Origin: an uncultured bacterium
GTDB lineage: Bacteria; Oederibacteriota; Oederibacteriia; Oederibacteriales; Oederibacteriaceae
Direction: 5' to 3'
Assembly (NCBI GenBank): GCA_965112635.1
Contig: OZ218778.1
Span: 2,336,001-2,400,000, forward strand
DNA length: 64,000 nucleotides
Shown one piece after another: positions 49,526-60,761 of the stretch; the first letter of the stretch is position 1, and each line of letters opens with the position of its first letter. The notes under the pieces were generated by a model. The model made no database searches, was not told where the DNA came from, and saw only the letters and a list, made by a program, of their open reading frames with translations. The position numbers and the translations under genes are program-made.

Positions 49526-51568
49526 CTAAACGACCTGGGATGCCCTTTTCTTGGCATATTCTTGCTGCGCCGCAAGAGCATCTTGGGCGACCTTGCTGAT
49601 CATCGCATTTTTACTCTTTGCCTGCTTCTCTAAAAATACCGTAACATCCTGACGGTCAAAGGCTGCAAGAGCATGCAACGCAGCCACTCTGACTTTGATG
49701 CTTTTCTTTTTCTGGAACATACTTTGGTTGCCAGCGGCTCCCATTAAAGAAGATATAGCCTCCGGGTCCCTGAGCTGACTCAAAGAAACGCATGCTTCAG
49801 CCTGTAACAGATCTTCGGGTTCATTGCCAAAAAGGCCGTTAATTTTTATTAACTCAACGAGGGTTTCAACAGCTTCTTTAAATCGCAATTTACTTAATTG
49901 GCGGACTGCTTCTAGCCGTATCGAAGGGTCTTCATCCGATACCGCGCTGCATACGAATTGATTGGCTTTCAGGCTGCCGATTCGGCTGATACACCGCAGG
50001 ATTGCTTGGCGGACTGCGGGATTATGGTGGTAAAAGGCGGTCTGCAGCTGATTGATCATGGTGTCCTGGTATCCCAATCCATCCAAGACCTCAATGACCC
50101 TTTTGGCAGATTCCAAAGACACCTGAGGGGTTATTTCTTTGACGAGTTCCCACACTGCCCCTTCGCCTATTTTCTTCAAAACAAAAGCGACCACTTTACG
50201 CAGGTGGTAATCCTCTGTTTCTTTGATAGCATCAATGAGTGGACGAATGGAGGCTGTCTCGAACTTCATGACCACACCGTAGGCTTGCGATTGGGTCTTT
50301 TTATCATCAGACCGCAGGTCACTGATCAAAATCTGCAGGATTTCACTTCCGGCTAAACGCTTTAAAATTTCATTGGCACAATCCAGCCTTCGGGAAAAAT
50401 CCTTATTGGGTTCAACAGTATGACGCTTAAACATTCCGATAATCTGCTCTCCTCGGTCATAATCTCCTTCCCTGAACAAACGTTTGGCCCCTGATTCCAA
50501 GAGCTCGGCCAATTCCACGTATACCTGCTCTTCAACCTCTTTATCCTCTGTGACCAGAAACTTCTCGTCAAGGTTTTGCTGGACAGCTTTGTCCGACAGG
50601 GTGTCCACAGTGCTTTCTAATTCTTTAAAGGAGCGGACAGCCTCCAACCGGTTCGTCACGAGACTGCTCTCTAAGTTCGCAGCTACTTTATCTACAATCT
50701 TGGTGGCAAGAGGCATTTTATTGATATCGTCCAAGTCTTTAATCAGTTGAGCCAACTGTTGTCTGTTTTCCGGCAGTAGCAATCTGTCGGCTTCTTGGCT
50801 GAACAGGTTTTCAGCGTTCTGGACTAATTTTTGTTCATGGGAAAGTGCCGACGGCCCAATTTCCTCTTCGGGCCCTGCCCCAGCACCTAAGGCGGCGAAC
50901 TTCTCCTGGGACAAAGCCAAAAGTTGTTGCAGCCTTCCTTTCAAAATAGCCAAGTCTGAATCAGACCTCTTCCCTTCTTTAACCTCTTTTTCTAGCTGAC
51001 TATACTTTCCCCTTTCGCCGTCGATCTGCTTGTTTAATTCCTCGCGCGACAACTTCTTGATTTTTTCAATATCTAGAGGCTCTTCCTTGGCTTCAATCCT
51101 CTCCCCTTCATTATTGACGGCTACATACACCATCTTGTTGATACGGATTTTATCTATACCAGCCTTTTTCATGCTCTCCTCAAGATTTTCGCTGGCATCT
51201 TCTTTCCTCGGCTTGCGGCTCATGATTTCCAGAAAAGACGACAACTCCTGCCTAGCTACTCCCTTTTCAAAAATAACCCCTCGCAGCTTTCTCGATTCGG
51301 CAAGCTTGATCATGGCCTGGGCGGCGGACAATGTTTCACTCTTCGAATCTAGATGGTGACCGTTAACCAACAACTGATTGTCTACGACTGAAAACGCAAG
51401 GATCTCAAACTGGCCGGTAATGGTTTCTAATATTTTGGCGGCGGAATCTAGGGAATCTTGGACAGCCTTGCTTCCTACGGGATAAAGCTGGATATTTGAT
51501 ATGGCCAGTCTGAAAGCTCCTAAAAATTGCCCGGCAGCTATTATGAGCTCCTCTTTGGTAGGCGCCAC
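49526..51568 (-). CDS. HEAT-repeat protein with an N-terminal 'LYP' domain
   Basis: N-terminal NIQLYPVGS...LLVNG domain, coiled coil, C-terminal HEAT/PBS repeats (VRQAILRCI, IRLEAVRQL, VRVAALHAL). Confidence 0.75.
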   Translation of the reverse strand: MAPTKEELIIAAGQFLGAFRLAISNIQLYPVGSKAVQDSLDSAAKILETITGQFEILAFSVVDNQLLVNGHHLDSKSETLSAAQAMIKLAESRKLRGVIFEKGVARQELSSFLEIMSRKPRKEDASENLEESMKKAGIDKIRINKMVYVAVNNEGERIEAKEEPLDIEKIKKLSREELNKQIDGERGKYSQLEKEVKEGKRSDSDLAILKGRLQQLLALSQEKFAALGAGAGPEEEIGPSALSHEQKLVQNAENLFSQEADRLLLPENRQQLAQLIKDLDDINKMPLATKIVDKVAANLESSLVTNRLEAVRSFKELESTVDTLSDKAVQQNLDEKFLVTEDKEVEEQVYVELAELLESGAKRLFREGDYDRGEQIIGMFKRHTVEPNKDFSRRLDCANEILKRLAGSEILQILISDLRSDDKKTQSQAYGVVMKFETASIRPLIDAIKETEDYHLRKVVAFVLKKIGEGAVWELVKEITPQVSLESAKRVIEVLDGLGYQDTMINQLQTAFYHHNPAVRQAILRCISRIGSLKANQFVCSAVSDEDPSIRLEAVRQLSKLRFKEAVETLVELIKINGLFGNEPEDLLQAEACVSLSQLRDPEAISSLMGAAGNQSMFQKKKSIKVRVAALHALAAFDRQDVTVFLEKQAKSKNAMISKVAQDALAAQQEYAKKRASQVV

Positions 51569-51628
51569 AACTTCCCCCTTATCTAAATAATCTTTACCTA
51601 TTTTATCACCAAAACTATATGGCTATCA

Positions 51629-52747
51629 TTATAGTTTCTTGAAACGGTACAGGAAACTCTTGATTTTTGGATAGGTATCTTCGCTTTTTGAGCTATCAAA
51701 TTCTTTTAAAAGCGCCCGCTGCTTGTCCGTGAGGTTGACCGGCACCTCGACTTGTATTTGTACCAACTGATCGCCACGACCATAACCATGCATCGAGGGA
51801 CTACCCTTGCCTTTGAGCCTTAAAACTTTGCCAGACTGTATCCCTGGAGGAATCTTCATTTTGACATTCCCGCTTAAGGTCGGGACATCAACTTCCCCCC
51901 CCAAAGCGGCCACTGAATAGGTGATGGGTATTTCGCACAAAATATCATCCCCTTGTCTTTCAAAAAATTCATCGGAAGCCACATGAATAAAAACATAAAG
52001 GTCACCCCGTTCTCCTTTGCGCGCGCCGGCTTCACCCTCCCCGCGCACCCTGAGCCTTACTCCATCCTCGACTCCAGCAGGCACTTTGACTGAGATTTTC
52101 CGGATATGCCTGACCCTTCCCTGGCCCTTGCACTCACGGCAGGGATTATCCACGATGGTCCCTTCTCCACGGCATCTGTTGCAGGTCCGCGAAATAGAAA
52201 AAAAACCCTGGGAATACCTTACCTGACCTTTGCCCTGACACTCGGGACAGGTTTTGGGTGAACTTCCTGGAGCGCTTCCAGATCCCCGGCAAACAGAACA
52301 AGCCTCCATGCGCGGAATCTCCACATCCGCGCTTGTGCCAAAAACCGAGTCGCGAAAACTCACTTCCAGGTCATACTTGAGATCCGCGCCCCGCTGGGAC
52401 CTTTGCCGCGAAGACCCCAAGCCCTCTCCGAAAAGATCGCCAAAAATATCCCCGAACATGTCCGAATAATCAGCACCTGTCCCTGGGACCCCCTGGCTGA
52501 ATCCTGGGGAACCTCCGCCTTCAAAGGCCTGGTGCCCGAACTGGTCATAGGCTCCCCTTTTTTGAGGGTCGCTCAAAACGCTGTACGCCTCATTAAGTTC
52601 CTTGAACTTTTCTTCGGACTCCTTACGGTGGTCGGGGTTGGCGTCGGGATGGTGTTTTTTGGCCAGGGTCCTGTAAGCTTTTTTAAGGTCCTCATCGCTG
52701 GCGTTCTTTTGCACGCCCAGTATGTCGTAATAATCTTTTTTGGCCAT
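51629..52747 (-). CDS. dnaJ: chaperone DnaJ
   Basis: J domain with HPD, G/F-rich region, four CxxCxGxG repeats. Confidence 0.98.
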   Translation of the reverse strand: MAKKDYYDILGVQKNASDEDLKKAYRTLAKKHHPDANPDHRKESEEKFKELNEAYSVLSDPQKRGAYDQFGHQAFEGGGSPGFSQGVPGTGADYSDMFGDIFGDLFGEGLGSSRQRSQRGADLKYDLEVSFRDSVFGTSADVEIPRMEACSVCRGSGSAPGSSPKTCPECQGKGQVRYSQGFFSISRTCNRCRGEGTIVDNPCRECKGQGRVRHIRKISVKVPAGVEDGVRLRVRGEGEAGARKGERGDLYVFIHVASDEFFERQGDDILCEIPITYSVAALGGEVDVPTLSGNVKMKIPPGIQSGKVLRLKGKGSPSMHGYGRGDQLVQIQVEVPVNLTDKQRALLKEFDSSKSEDTYPKIKSFLYRFKKL

Positions 52748-52877
52748 TTTTATCCTGTTCCAGCCGGTCTTTTAAAAAGTTCGCCGCAGGGCCATCAACC
52801 CGATCAGGGAACCGATTCAGCTATCTTTTTTTGCTCATTACAACTGGCCATTCATCCACGGGCCTGGGTCCGTGACC

Positions 52878-54803
52878 TTACTTCTTGCCTTCATCCTCGA
52901 CTTTAAATTCGGCATCCTGGACATTATCGTCATGGGGGGCCGCTTCCGGACCCGGTCCGGCTTGGGACTCTGGCCCTGCCTGGCCTGCTGGTGCTTGCTG
53001 GGTGCTCTTATACATCTCTTCGCCCAACTTCATCGAAACCTTGGAAAGCTTTTCCGCGGCCTTGCGGATGGTTTCCGCGTCATTGCCTCCCAGCGCTTTT
53101 TTGGTATTGGCGATCTCCTCTTTGATGTTGTTCCGCGTCCCCTCGTCCACCTTGCTGCCGTGCTCTTCCAGGGCCTTTTCCATGGAATAGACCAGGGTAT
53201 CGGCCTGGTTTCTGGCTTCCGCGGTTTCTTTTTTCTGTTTGTCCTCGGCCGAATGCGCCTCAGCCTCTTTGACCAGCTTCTCAATTTCATTCTTATCCAG
53301 CCCGGAAGAAGAGGTGATGGCAATGGCCTGTTCCTTGCCCGTGGCTTTATCCTTGGCCGAAACATGCATGATGCCGTTGGCATCGATGTCAAAAGTGACT
53401 TCTATCTGGGGCATCCCGCGGGGCGCCGGAGGTATCCCGACCAGGTCGAACCGACCCAGGGTTTTGTTGTCCGAGGCCATTTCTCTTTCGCCCTGGAGCA
53501 CGTGCACGCTCACCGCGGTCTGGCCGTCGGCCGCCGTGGAAAAGATCTGGCTTTTGCGCGTGGGGATGGTGGTGTTCCGGTCAATGACCCGGGTAAACAC
53601 TCCGCCCAAAGTTTCAATGCCCAAGGAAAGCGGGGTCACATCCAAAAGCAGAACGTCCTTAACCTCGCCCTTTAGGACCCCGGCCTGGATGGCAGCGCCG
53701 ACAGCCACCACTTCATCTGGATTAACTCCCTTGTGGGGTTCCTTGCCGAACACTTTTTTGACCGTTTCCTGGACCTTGGGCATACGGATCTGTCCGCCTA
53801 CGAGGATGACCTCGTCAATATCCTTGGCCTGCAGTCCGGCATCCCGCAGCGCACTTTCACAGGGACCGATAGTTCTCTCGATCAAGTCCGCAGTTAACTG
53901 TTCCAATTTGGCCCTGGTCACTTTAATAGTTAAATGCTTCGGGCCGGTGGCGTCGGCTGTAATGAACGGAAGGTTGACCTCTGTTTCCAGGACAGTGGAC
54001 AGCTCGCACTTGGCCTTTTCAGCGGCTTCTTTGAGCCTCTGCAAAGCCATCTTATCTTTACGCAAATCAATCCCCTGTTCTTTTTTGAACTCATCGGCGA
54101 TATAGTCCATTAAGCGTTGGTCAAAATCATCCCCACCCAGATGGGTGTCGCCGTTGGTGGATTTGACCTCGAAAACACCCTCTCCCAGTTCCAGGACCGA
54201 CACGTCGAACGTCCCGCCGCCCAAGTCATACACGATGATCTTTTCGTTCTTCTTACTATCTAACCCATAGGCCAAAGCTGAAGCCGTGGGCTCATTGACG
54301 ATCCTCAATACTTTGAGTCCAGCGATCTCGCCGGCATCCTTGGTCGCCTGCCGCTGGCTGTCATTGAAATAAGCGGGCACCGTAATCACGGCCTCAGTGA
54401 TTGGCTCTCCCAGATAAGCTTCGGCGTCCACTTTTAGTTTCTGTAATATCATGGCCGATATTTCCGAGGGGGAATAATCTTTATTGTCTATTTTAACTCT
54501 GACATCGCCGTTATTGGCCTGAGTTAAAGCATAGGGGATCACTTTGCGGTCTTTTTCAACAATTGGATCGGCAAACTTTCTTCCCATGAATCTTTTGATG
54601 GAAAAGATCGTATGCTCGGAATTGGTAATGGCCTGTCTTTTGGCCACCTGGCCTACCAGTCTTTCCCCGGATTTATTAAAAGCCACGACAGACGGGGTCA
54701 GGCGGTTGCCTTCGCTGTTGGGGATGACGACCGGCTCCCCTCTTTCGACATAAGCCACAACGGAATTGGTTGTTCCCAAATCGATTCCAACCACTTTGCT
54801 CAT
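52878..54803 (-). CDS. dnaK: chaperone DnaK
   Basis: [36 protein letters not shown]. Confidence 0.98.
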   Translation of the reverse strand: MSKVVGIDLGTTNSVVAYVERGEPVVIPNSEGNRLTPSVVAFNKSGERLVGQVAKRQAITNSEHTIFSIKRFMGRKFADPIVEKDRKVIPYALTQANNGDVRVKIDNKDYSPSEISAMILQKLKVDAEAYLGEPITEAVITVPAYFNDSQRQATKDAGEIAGLKVLRIVNEPTASALAYGLDSKKNEKIIVYDLGGGTFDVSVLELGEGVFEVKSTNGDTHLGGDDFDQRLMDYIADEFKKEQGIDLRKDKMALQRLKEAAEKAKCELSTVLETEVNLPFITADATGPKHLTIKVTRAKLEQLTADLIERTIGPCESALRDAGLQAKDIDEVILVGGQIRMPKVQETVKKVFGKEPHKGVNPDEVVAVGAAIQAGVLKGEVKDVLLLDVTPLSLGIETLGGVFTRVIDRNTTIPTRKSQIFSTAADGQTAVSVHVLQGEREMASDNKTLGRFDLVGIPPAPRGMPQIEVTFDIDANGIMHVSAKDKATGKEQAIAITSSSGLDKNEIEKLVKEAEAHSAEDKQKKETAEARNQADTLVYSMEKALEEHGSKVDEGTRNNIKEEIANTKKALGGNDAETIRKAAEKLSKVSMKLGEEMYKSTQQAPAGQAGPESQAGPGPEAAPHDDNVQDAEFKVEDEGKK

Positions 54804-54827
54804 TTTATTTACCTCCTGTTTTTCATT

Positions 54828-55424
54828 TTAAGTGTCTAACTTTTGATTTTGGATATTGTCTTTTTTACAAGGCTTGGAAACACGTACTTTTGCCGGCCTT
54901 AACACTTTACCTTCTATTAAATATCCTTTTTGCATTTCTTCGGCCACCATTTCCGGTTCCAGGTCATCCGTATCCTTGTGGCCGATCGCCTCATGGAAAT
55001 GAGGATCAAAAGGTTTGCCTGCGGTGTCCTGGGACTTGACCCCGAACTTTTCCAGCGCTTTTTGAAACTGTTTCAAGGTAATCTCCAGTCCCTTATGCAG
55101 GTGGTCCCCGTAACCCGCGCTGTCCTTGGGTACAGCCAAAGCTTTTTCCAAACTATCCGCCACTGGAAGCATTTCCTCCAGGACCGCGACAACGGCTGAC
55201 CAGAAAAATTCAGACTTTTCTTTGGCCATTCTCTTTTTGTAATTGTCCAGGTCAGCCAGAGCCCTTAAAAACTGGTTATAATTTTCTTTGGCTTCTTTTT
55301 CCTGCACCTCTAGCATGGTTTTTAAGGTGTCCAGGGTCTGCTTGCCTGTTTCTGCTTCCTTATTAGCGGGTTCGGCCCCGGGGACCTCAGATTCGTTTTT
55401 TTCTTTGGCATTATCTTTTCCCAT
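54828..55424 (-). CDS. grpE: nucleotide exchange factor GrpE
   Basis: RALADLDNYKKR, FDPHFHEA, QKGY...VLRPAKV. Confidence 0.95.
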   Translation of the reverse strand: MGKDNAKEKNESEVPGAEPANKEAETGKQTLDTLKTMLEVQEKEAKENYNQFLRALADLDNYKKRMAKEKSEFFWSAVVAVLEEMLPVADSLEKALAVPKDSAGYGDHLHKGLEITLKQFQKALEKFGVKSQDTAGKPFDPHFHEAIGHKDTDDLEPEMVAEEMQKGYLIEGKVLRPAKVRVSKPCKKDNIQNQKLDT

Positions 55425-55445
55425 AGCTGCGCCCTTCTCCAATGT

Positions 55446-56471
55446 TTAAAATCTTTCGTTCAAATAGTCACTTATGCTTCTTGCGGTATACTCCAGCAGG
55501 GGAACGACTCTTTCATACTCCATCCGCATGGGGCCGATAATTCCCAGGGCACCTATAGGATGCCCTCCTATCTCGTAGGGTGTCAGCACCATGCTGAGAT
55601 GCCGCATTTCCCTGAAAGGGCTCTCAGACCCGATAAATATCTCCACTCCGGGATTTAAATTGTGTTCATGGAAAAAAGTTCCCAAGGAAAAAGGATGGCT
55701 CAAAAAATTCAGGATGCTCCGCTCCTCTTCTTCCTCTAGGTCCAGATCGTCCAGGATAGAGGGTATGCCCTCCACAATGACTTCTTCGGTGGCCTCTTCC
55801 GTGAAACATTCCTTGCATAAGGCTATGGTCTGCTTCAAAAGGTCCCGGTATGTTTCCTTGTCTCTTTCCAGCTTGTTCAGCAAAGACAATCTGACCTCGT
55901 CTAAAGTCAGGCCTTTAAAACTTTCTTGGATAAACGAGCTGATCTTTTTGAGATCTTCTTCGGCAATCGCCTCTTTTAAATTGATCATCTTGTGCTTGAC
56001 CATCCCCGAGCGGCTGACCAGAAGCGCCAGTACCTTTTTAGGGCTGACGGAAATAAAATCAATATGGCTGAGCACGCTCTGGGAAAGCCGCGGCGCCACG
56101 GCAATGCCCGTGTAATGCGAAAGCAGGGTAAGCGTCTGTAAGGCCTCATGCAAAAAATCATCCATTTGGCCGGAGGGATAGCTGTTTAATTCTCTGATCT
56201 TTTCCTCATCAGGCTTTTCCAGGGGCTTGGAAGTTAAAAGTTCATTGATATAAAACCGGTAACCCTGTTCTGTGGGAACACGGCCGGCGGAAGCATGGGG
56301 ATGATGGAGATACCCCAGCTCTTCCAATTCAGCTAACTCGTGACGTAGCGTGGCTGAACTCAACCCCAACTTGGTTTTTTTGGCCAAATCTAAGGAAGCT
56401 ACGGGCTTTCCTGAAAAATGGTGTGTTTCGAGTAGGTTTTTTAATATTTTTTGCTTCCGTGCGCTCAACAT
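55446..56471 (-). CDS. hrcA: heat-inducible transcription repressor HrcA
   Basis: LSARKQKIL, PVAS, SSATLRHELAELEELGYL.HPHASAGRVPT..GYRFY, IIGPMRMEY. Confidence 0.95.
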   Translation of the reverse strand: MLSARKQKILKNLLETHHFSGKPVASLDLAKKTKLGLSSATLRHELAELEELGYLHHPHASAGRVPTEQGYRFYINELLTSKPLEKPDEEKIRELNSYPSGQMDDFLHEALQTLTLLSHYTGIAVAPRLSQSVLSHIDFISVSPKKVLALLVSRSGMVKHKMINLKEAIAEEDLKKISSFIQESFKGLTLDEVRLSLLNKLERDKETYRDLLKQTIALCKECFTEEATEEVIVEGIPSILDDLDLEEEEERSILNFLSHPFSLGTFFHEHNLNPGVEIFIGSESPFREMRHLSMVLTPYEIGGHPIGALGIIGPMRMEYERVVPLLEYTARSISDYLNERF

Positions 56472-56573
56472 TTTGAACTCCACTAATAATATTTTCGTTA
56501 TAACATTTACTAAGCATTTTCTTTTCGGATCAATTTTCTGAATTTATGAAATATTGTATAAAATCAACTTGGC

Positions 56574-56604
56574 CAGCGGGCCTGCGTATCAGGCAGGCCC
56601 GCTG
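56574..56604. terminator. strong GC hairpin after groEL without an adjacent U tract (weak terminator or mRNA stabiliser)
   Basis: Perfect 12-bp stem CAGCGGGCCTGC/GCAGGCCCGCTG with a 7-nt loop. Confidence 0.6.
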
Positions 56605-56620
56605 CCTGTTTCACCCGTCT

Positions 56621-58273
<1,653 letters not shown>

Positions 58274-58286
58274 TTAACGCTTGAAT

Positions 58287-58580
58287 TTAAACAATGATCC
58301 CCAGAACATCTTCCTCGCTGAGAATGAGGTAGATATCCCCGTCGATTTTGACTTCCTTGGGACTATAATCATTGAAAAGGATCTTATCTCCGACCTTGAC
58401 GCTCATAGCAGCTCTCTGACCGTTCTCTAAAAGCTTCCCGGATCCTATTGCGACTACCGTACCGCGAGCCGATTTCTCTTTGGCCGTATCAGGGATGATG
58501 ATGCCACCCTTTTTAACTTCCTCTTCCTCAATGGGTTTTGCTACCAGCTTATCGCCTAATGGTTTAATATTCATTGCCAT
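58287..58580 (-). CDS. groS: co-chaperonin GroES
   Basis: IKPLGDK, GGIIIPDTAKEK, VKVGDKIL, EEDVLGI. Confidence 0.97.
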   Translation of the reverse strand: MAMNIKPLGDKLVAKPIEEEEVKKGGIIIPDTAKEKSARGTVVAIGSGKLLENGQRAAMSVKVGDKILFNDYSPKEVKIDGDIYLILSEEDVLGIIV

Positions 58581-58718
58581 TCCTTTGTACTCCTTTCTAT
58601 ATTTTGAAACTTAGGGGCCTATCATGGCACCCTACTGGTTTTTGGGGGTTTCTTCCCAAGTAATTGCTATGCTGTTATCCTTGCACCTCCTCTCACATTT
58701 TTATTATATCTCACCAGT

Positions 58719-58757
58719 TATCTGCTAGCAGATGGATGCTACGCCTGCTAGCAGATA
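58719..58757. promoter_or_regulatory. divergent CIRCE-like inverted repeat (putative HrcA operator)
   Basis: CTAGCAGAT-N9-GCCTGCTAG (58725-58751) in 9-9-9 geometry versus the canonical TTAGCACTC-N9-GAGTGCTAA; immediately downstream of the groES promoter. Confidence 0.7.
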
Positions 58758-58758
58758 C

Positions 58759-58787
58759 AATGTAAGGTAATCCTAGCTCCTTGTCAA
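58759..58787 (-). promoter_or_regulatory. sigma70 promoter of the groES-groEL (heat-shock) operon
   Basis: TTGACA-N17-TACATT. Confidence 0.7.
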
Positions 58788-58885
58788 CAGAATTTTTTTA
58801 AGCATGCAGGTTTTCATATAATTGGGGCATTGGCGCAATTTATATTGTGTCCCCAATATTGGTGGGATAAGGAAACGCTTAAGTG

Positions 58886-60031
58886 CTAAAAGAATTCTTC
58901 AGCTATACGGTCAGCTAAAGGCATTCCTTTTTTAGTCAACATAAAGGACTCCCCTTGATTTTCAAGGAATCCTTCAGAAACCAAGTATTTTATCTCTTTT
59001 TCATGCCTTTTTTTAAACTCCAAACCAAATATTTCTTTAAATTCCGTGGTTTCTACTCCTTTTTTAAGCATTCGCAAATGAAGAAAAACATATTCGGACA
59101 TTTGCTGTTGAGGACTCAAGGTTTCGCTTCCCATTAAAGGAGAACTGCCATTAAACAATTTCTGTAAATAATCAGGCAATTTATCGCCATTCCACGATCT
59201 TACCCCATCCCAAAAAGAATGAGCGCCTAACCCCAGCCCAAGATACTTTCCCTGGTTCCAATAGATCATATTATGCCGGCTTTCCCGTCCCGGAAGGGCG
59301 TAATTGGAGATCTCATAGTGGACAAATCCCTTACTTGTCAAAAAATCATGGGCCTTTAGGTTCATGGCCACCTGCATTTCTTCCGGAGGCATTACCACCA
59401 TTTTTCGATCGACCATTTTCTCCAAACCAGTGCCTGGTTCCACTGTAAGACAATAAAGGGATAAATGTTCCGGTTTGAATGTGAGGATCTGTTCCAAACT
59501 TTCTTCCCATTGCTCGACTGATTGGTCTGGTAAACCATACAACAGGTCAATGTTAACATTCTTAAAACCCGCCTCCCTACTCCATTCCAGACATTGTTGA
59601 TTATCTAATTGTTTATGAACTCTACCTAAGGCTTTCAATAAACTGTCATCAAAAGCTTGTGCACCTATACTAATGCGGTTAACGCCAATATCACAATATT
59701 TCCTCAAGTTGTTTTTGGTTACTGTTCTGGGATTTATTTCTAAGGTTACTTCTGGTTCGTTTTCCCAACTAAATGCCCTCTTGCAATGTTCAAGAATATG
59801 TAAAATCGCTTCTGGTGCAAAAAGAGACGGCGTGCCTCCTCCAAAATAAATAGTTGTGAACTTATGTCCTTGTGCCAAGTAGCTTTTTTGTTCCACCTCA
59901 TGTTCTAACGCTTTGAGGTAATCAGGAATTGGGGGATTTCTTCCTTGCACCACGTTAAAATTACAATATGGGCAACGAGAAAGACAAAAGGGTAGGTGAA
60001 AATAAAGTCCTTTTGGTTTATTGGGGTTCAT
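58886..60031 (-). CDS. hemW: radical SAM heme chaperone HemW
   Basis: LYFHLPFCLSRCPYCNF, YFGGGTPS, YEISNYA, SRHNMIYW (HNxxYW). Confidence 0.92.
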   Translation of the reverse strand: MNPNKPKGLYFHLPFCLSRCPYCNFNVVQGRNPPIPDYLKALEHEVEQKSYLAQGHKFTTIYFGGGTPSLFAPEAILHILEHCKRAFSWENEPEVTLEINPRTVTKNNLRKYCDIGVNRISIGAQAFDDSLLKALGRVHKQLDNQQCLEWSREAGFKNVNIDLLYGLPDQSVEQWEESLEQILTFKPEHLSLYCLTVEPGTGLEKMVDRKMVVMPPEEMQVAMNLKAHDFLTSKGFVHYEISNYALPGRESRHNMIYWNQGKYLGLGLGAHSFWDGVRSWNGDKLPDYLQKLFNGSSPLMGSETLSPQQQMSEYVFLHLRMLKKGVETTEFKEIFGLEFKKRHEKEIKYLVSEGFLENQGESFMLTKKGMPLADRIAEEFF

Positions 60032-60032
60032 T

Positions 60033-60692
60033 TCAATGCGCTAACCGCACCCTGTCCAGCGGCCAGTATATTAAAAGGGGCGTACCTTTTAAGTTGTCAT
60101 AGGGGACAAACCCCCAAAACCTGCTGTCATAACTGTCGTCGCGGTTGTCGCCCATAACAAAAAAACAGTCAGCAGGAATTGTTATGGATTTGAAATTATC
60201 ACGGTTGTAATCTTTGAATTGCGACTTATGGACCGCATAGGGCTCAACCAAAGGCTGGCCGTTACGGAAAACTTGCTGGCCTTTCATGGAAATGATATCA
60301 CCTGGTACTCCAATACAGCGTTTGATGAAATCACGGTTGGGATCCTGGGGATATTTGAAAACAACGACCTCGCCGCTCCTGGGTGAACGAATCCTGATCA
60401 GGGTCTTGTTATTGAAAGGGTTGCGTATGCCAAAAACAAAGCGGTTGACCAGAAGATGGTCCCCGATAAGGTAGGTATCCTCCATGGAGCCCGAGGGTAT
60501 TTTAAATGCCTGTATCACGAACGCCCTCATAATCAAAGCCAAGACAATGGCGGTTAAAAGAACCTCCACCCATTCCTGCACAGTCTTAAGAAATGCTGGC
60601 TGATAAAATCTCCAAGTTATTCTGATGGCTACCGCGGCAATGAAAAGAATGATCGCTCCAATAAAGATTTGCTTATCAGTTATTTCAAACAT
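60033..60692 (-). CDS. lepB: signal peptidase I
   Basis: IPSGSMEDT, FIKRCIG.PGD, MGDNRDDSYDSRFWG. Confidence 0.95.
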   Translation of the reverse strand: MFEITDKQIFIGAIILFIAAVAIRITWRFYQPAFLKTVQEWVEVLLTAIVLALIMRAFVIQAFKIPSGSMEDTYLIGDHLLVNRFVFGIRNPFNNKTLIRIRSPRSGEVVVFKYPQDPNRDFIKRCIGVPGDIISMKGQQVFRNGQPLVEPYAVHKSQFKDYNRDNFKSITIPADCFFVMGDNRDDSYDSRFWGFVPYDNLKGTPLLIYWPLDRVRLAH

Positions 60693-60761
60693 TTCTCCCC
60701 TTTCTAGAATTCAATGCCCTGTTTTAACGCACATAGGTCAAAACCGTATTATCCTAAACCT

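Noticed and set aside
52872-54105. Long plus-strand ORFs (267 and 288 aa) opposite dnaK
   Set aside because: Antisense shadow frames of a conserved, codon-biased gene; no RBS or protein motifs
56472-56570. CIRCE upstream of hrcA
   Set aside because: Searched by eye; no TTAGCA-N-TGCTAA inverted repeat found
58665-58700. Strong SD-like GAGAGGAGGTG in the groES leader, suggesting a leader peptide
   Set aside because: No ATG/GTG/TTG at a suitable spacing downstream; only a 9-codon GTG frame overlapping the SD itself
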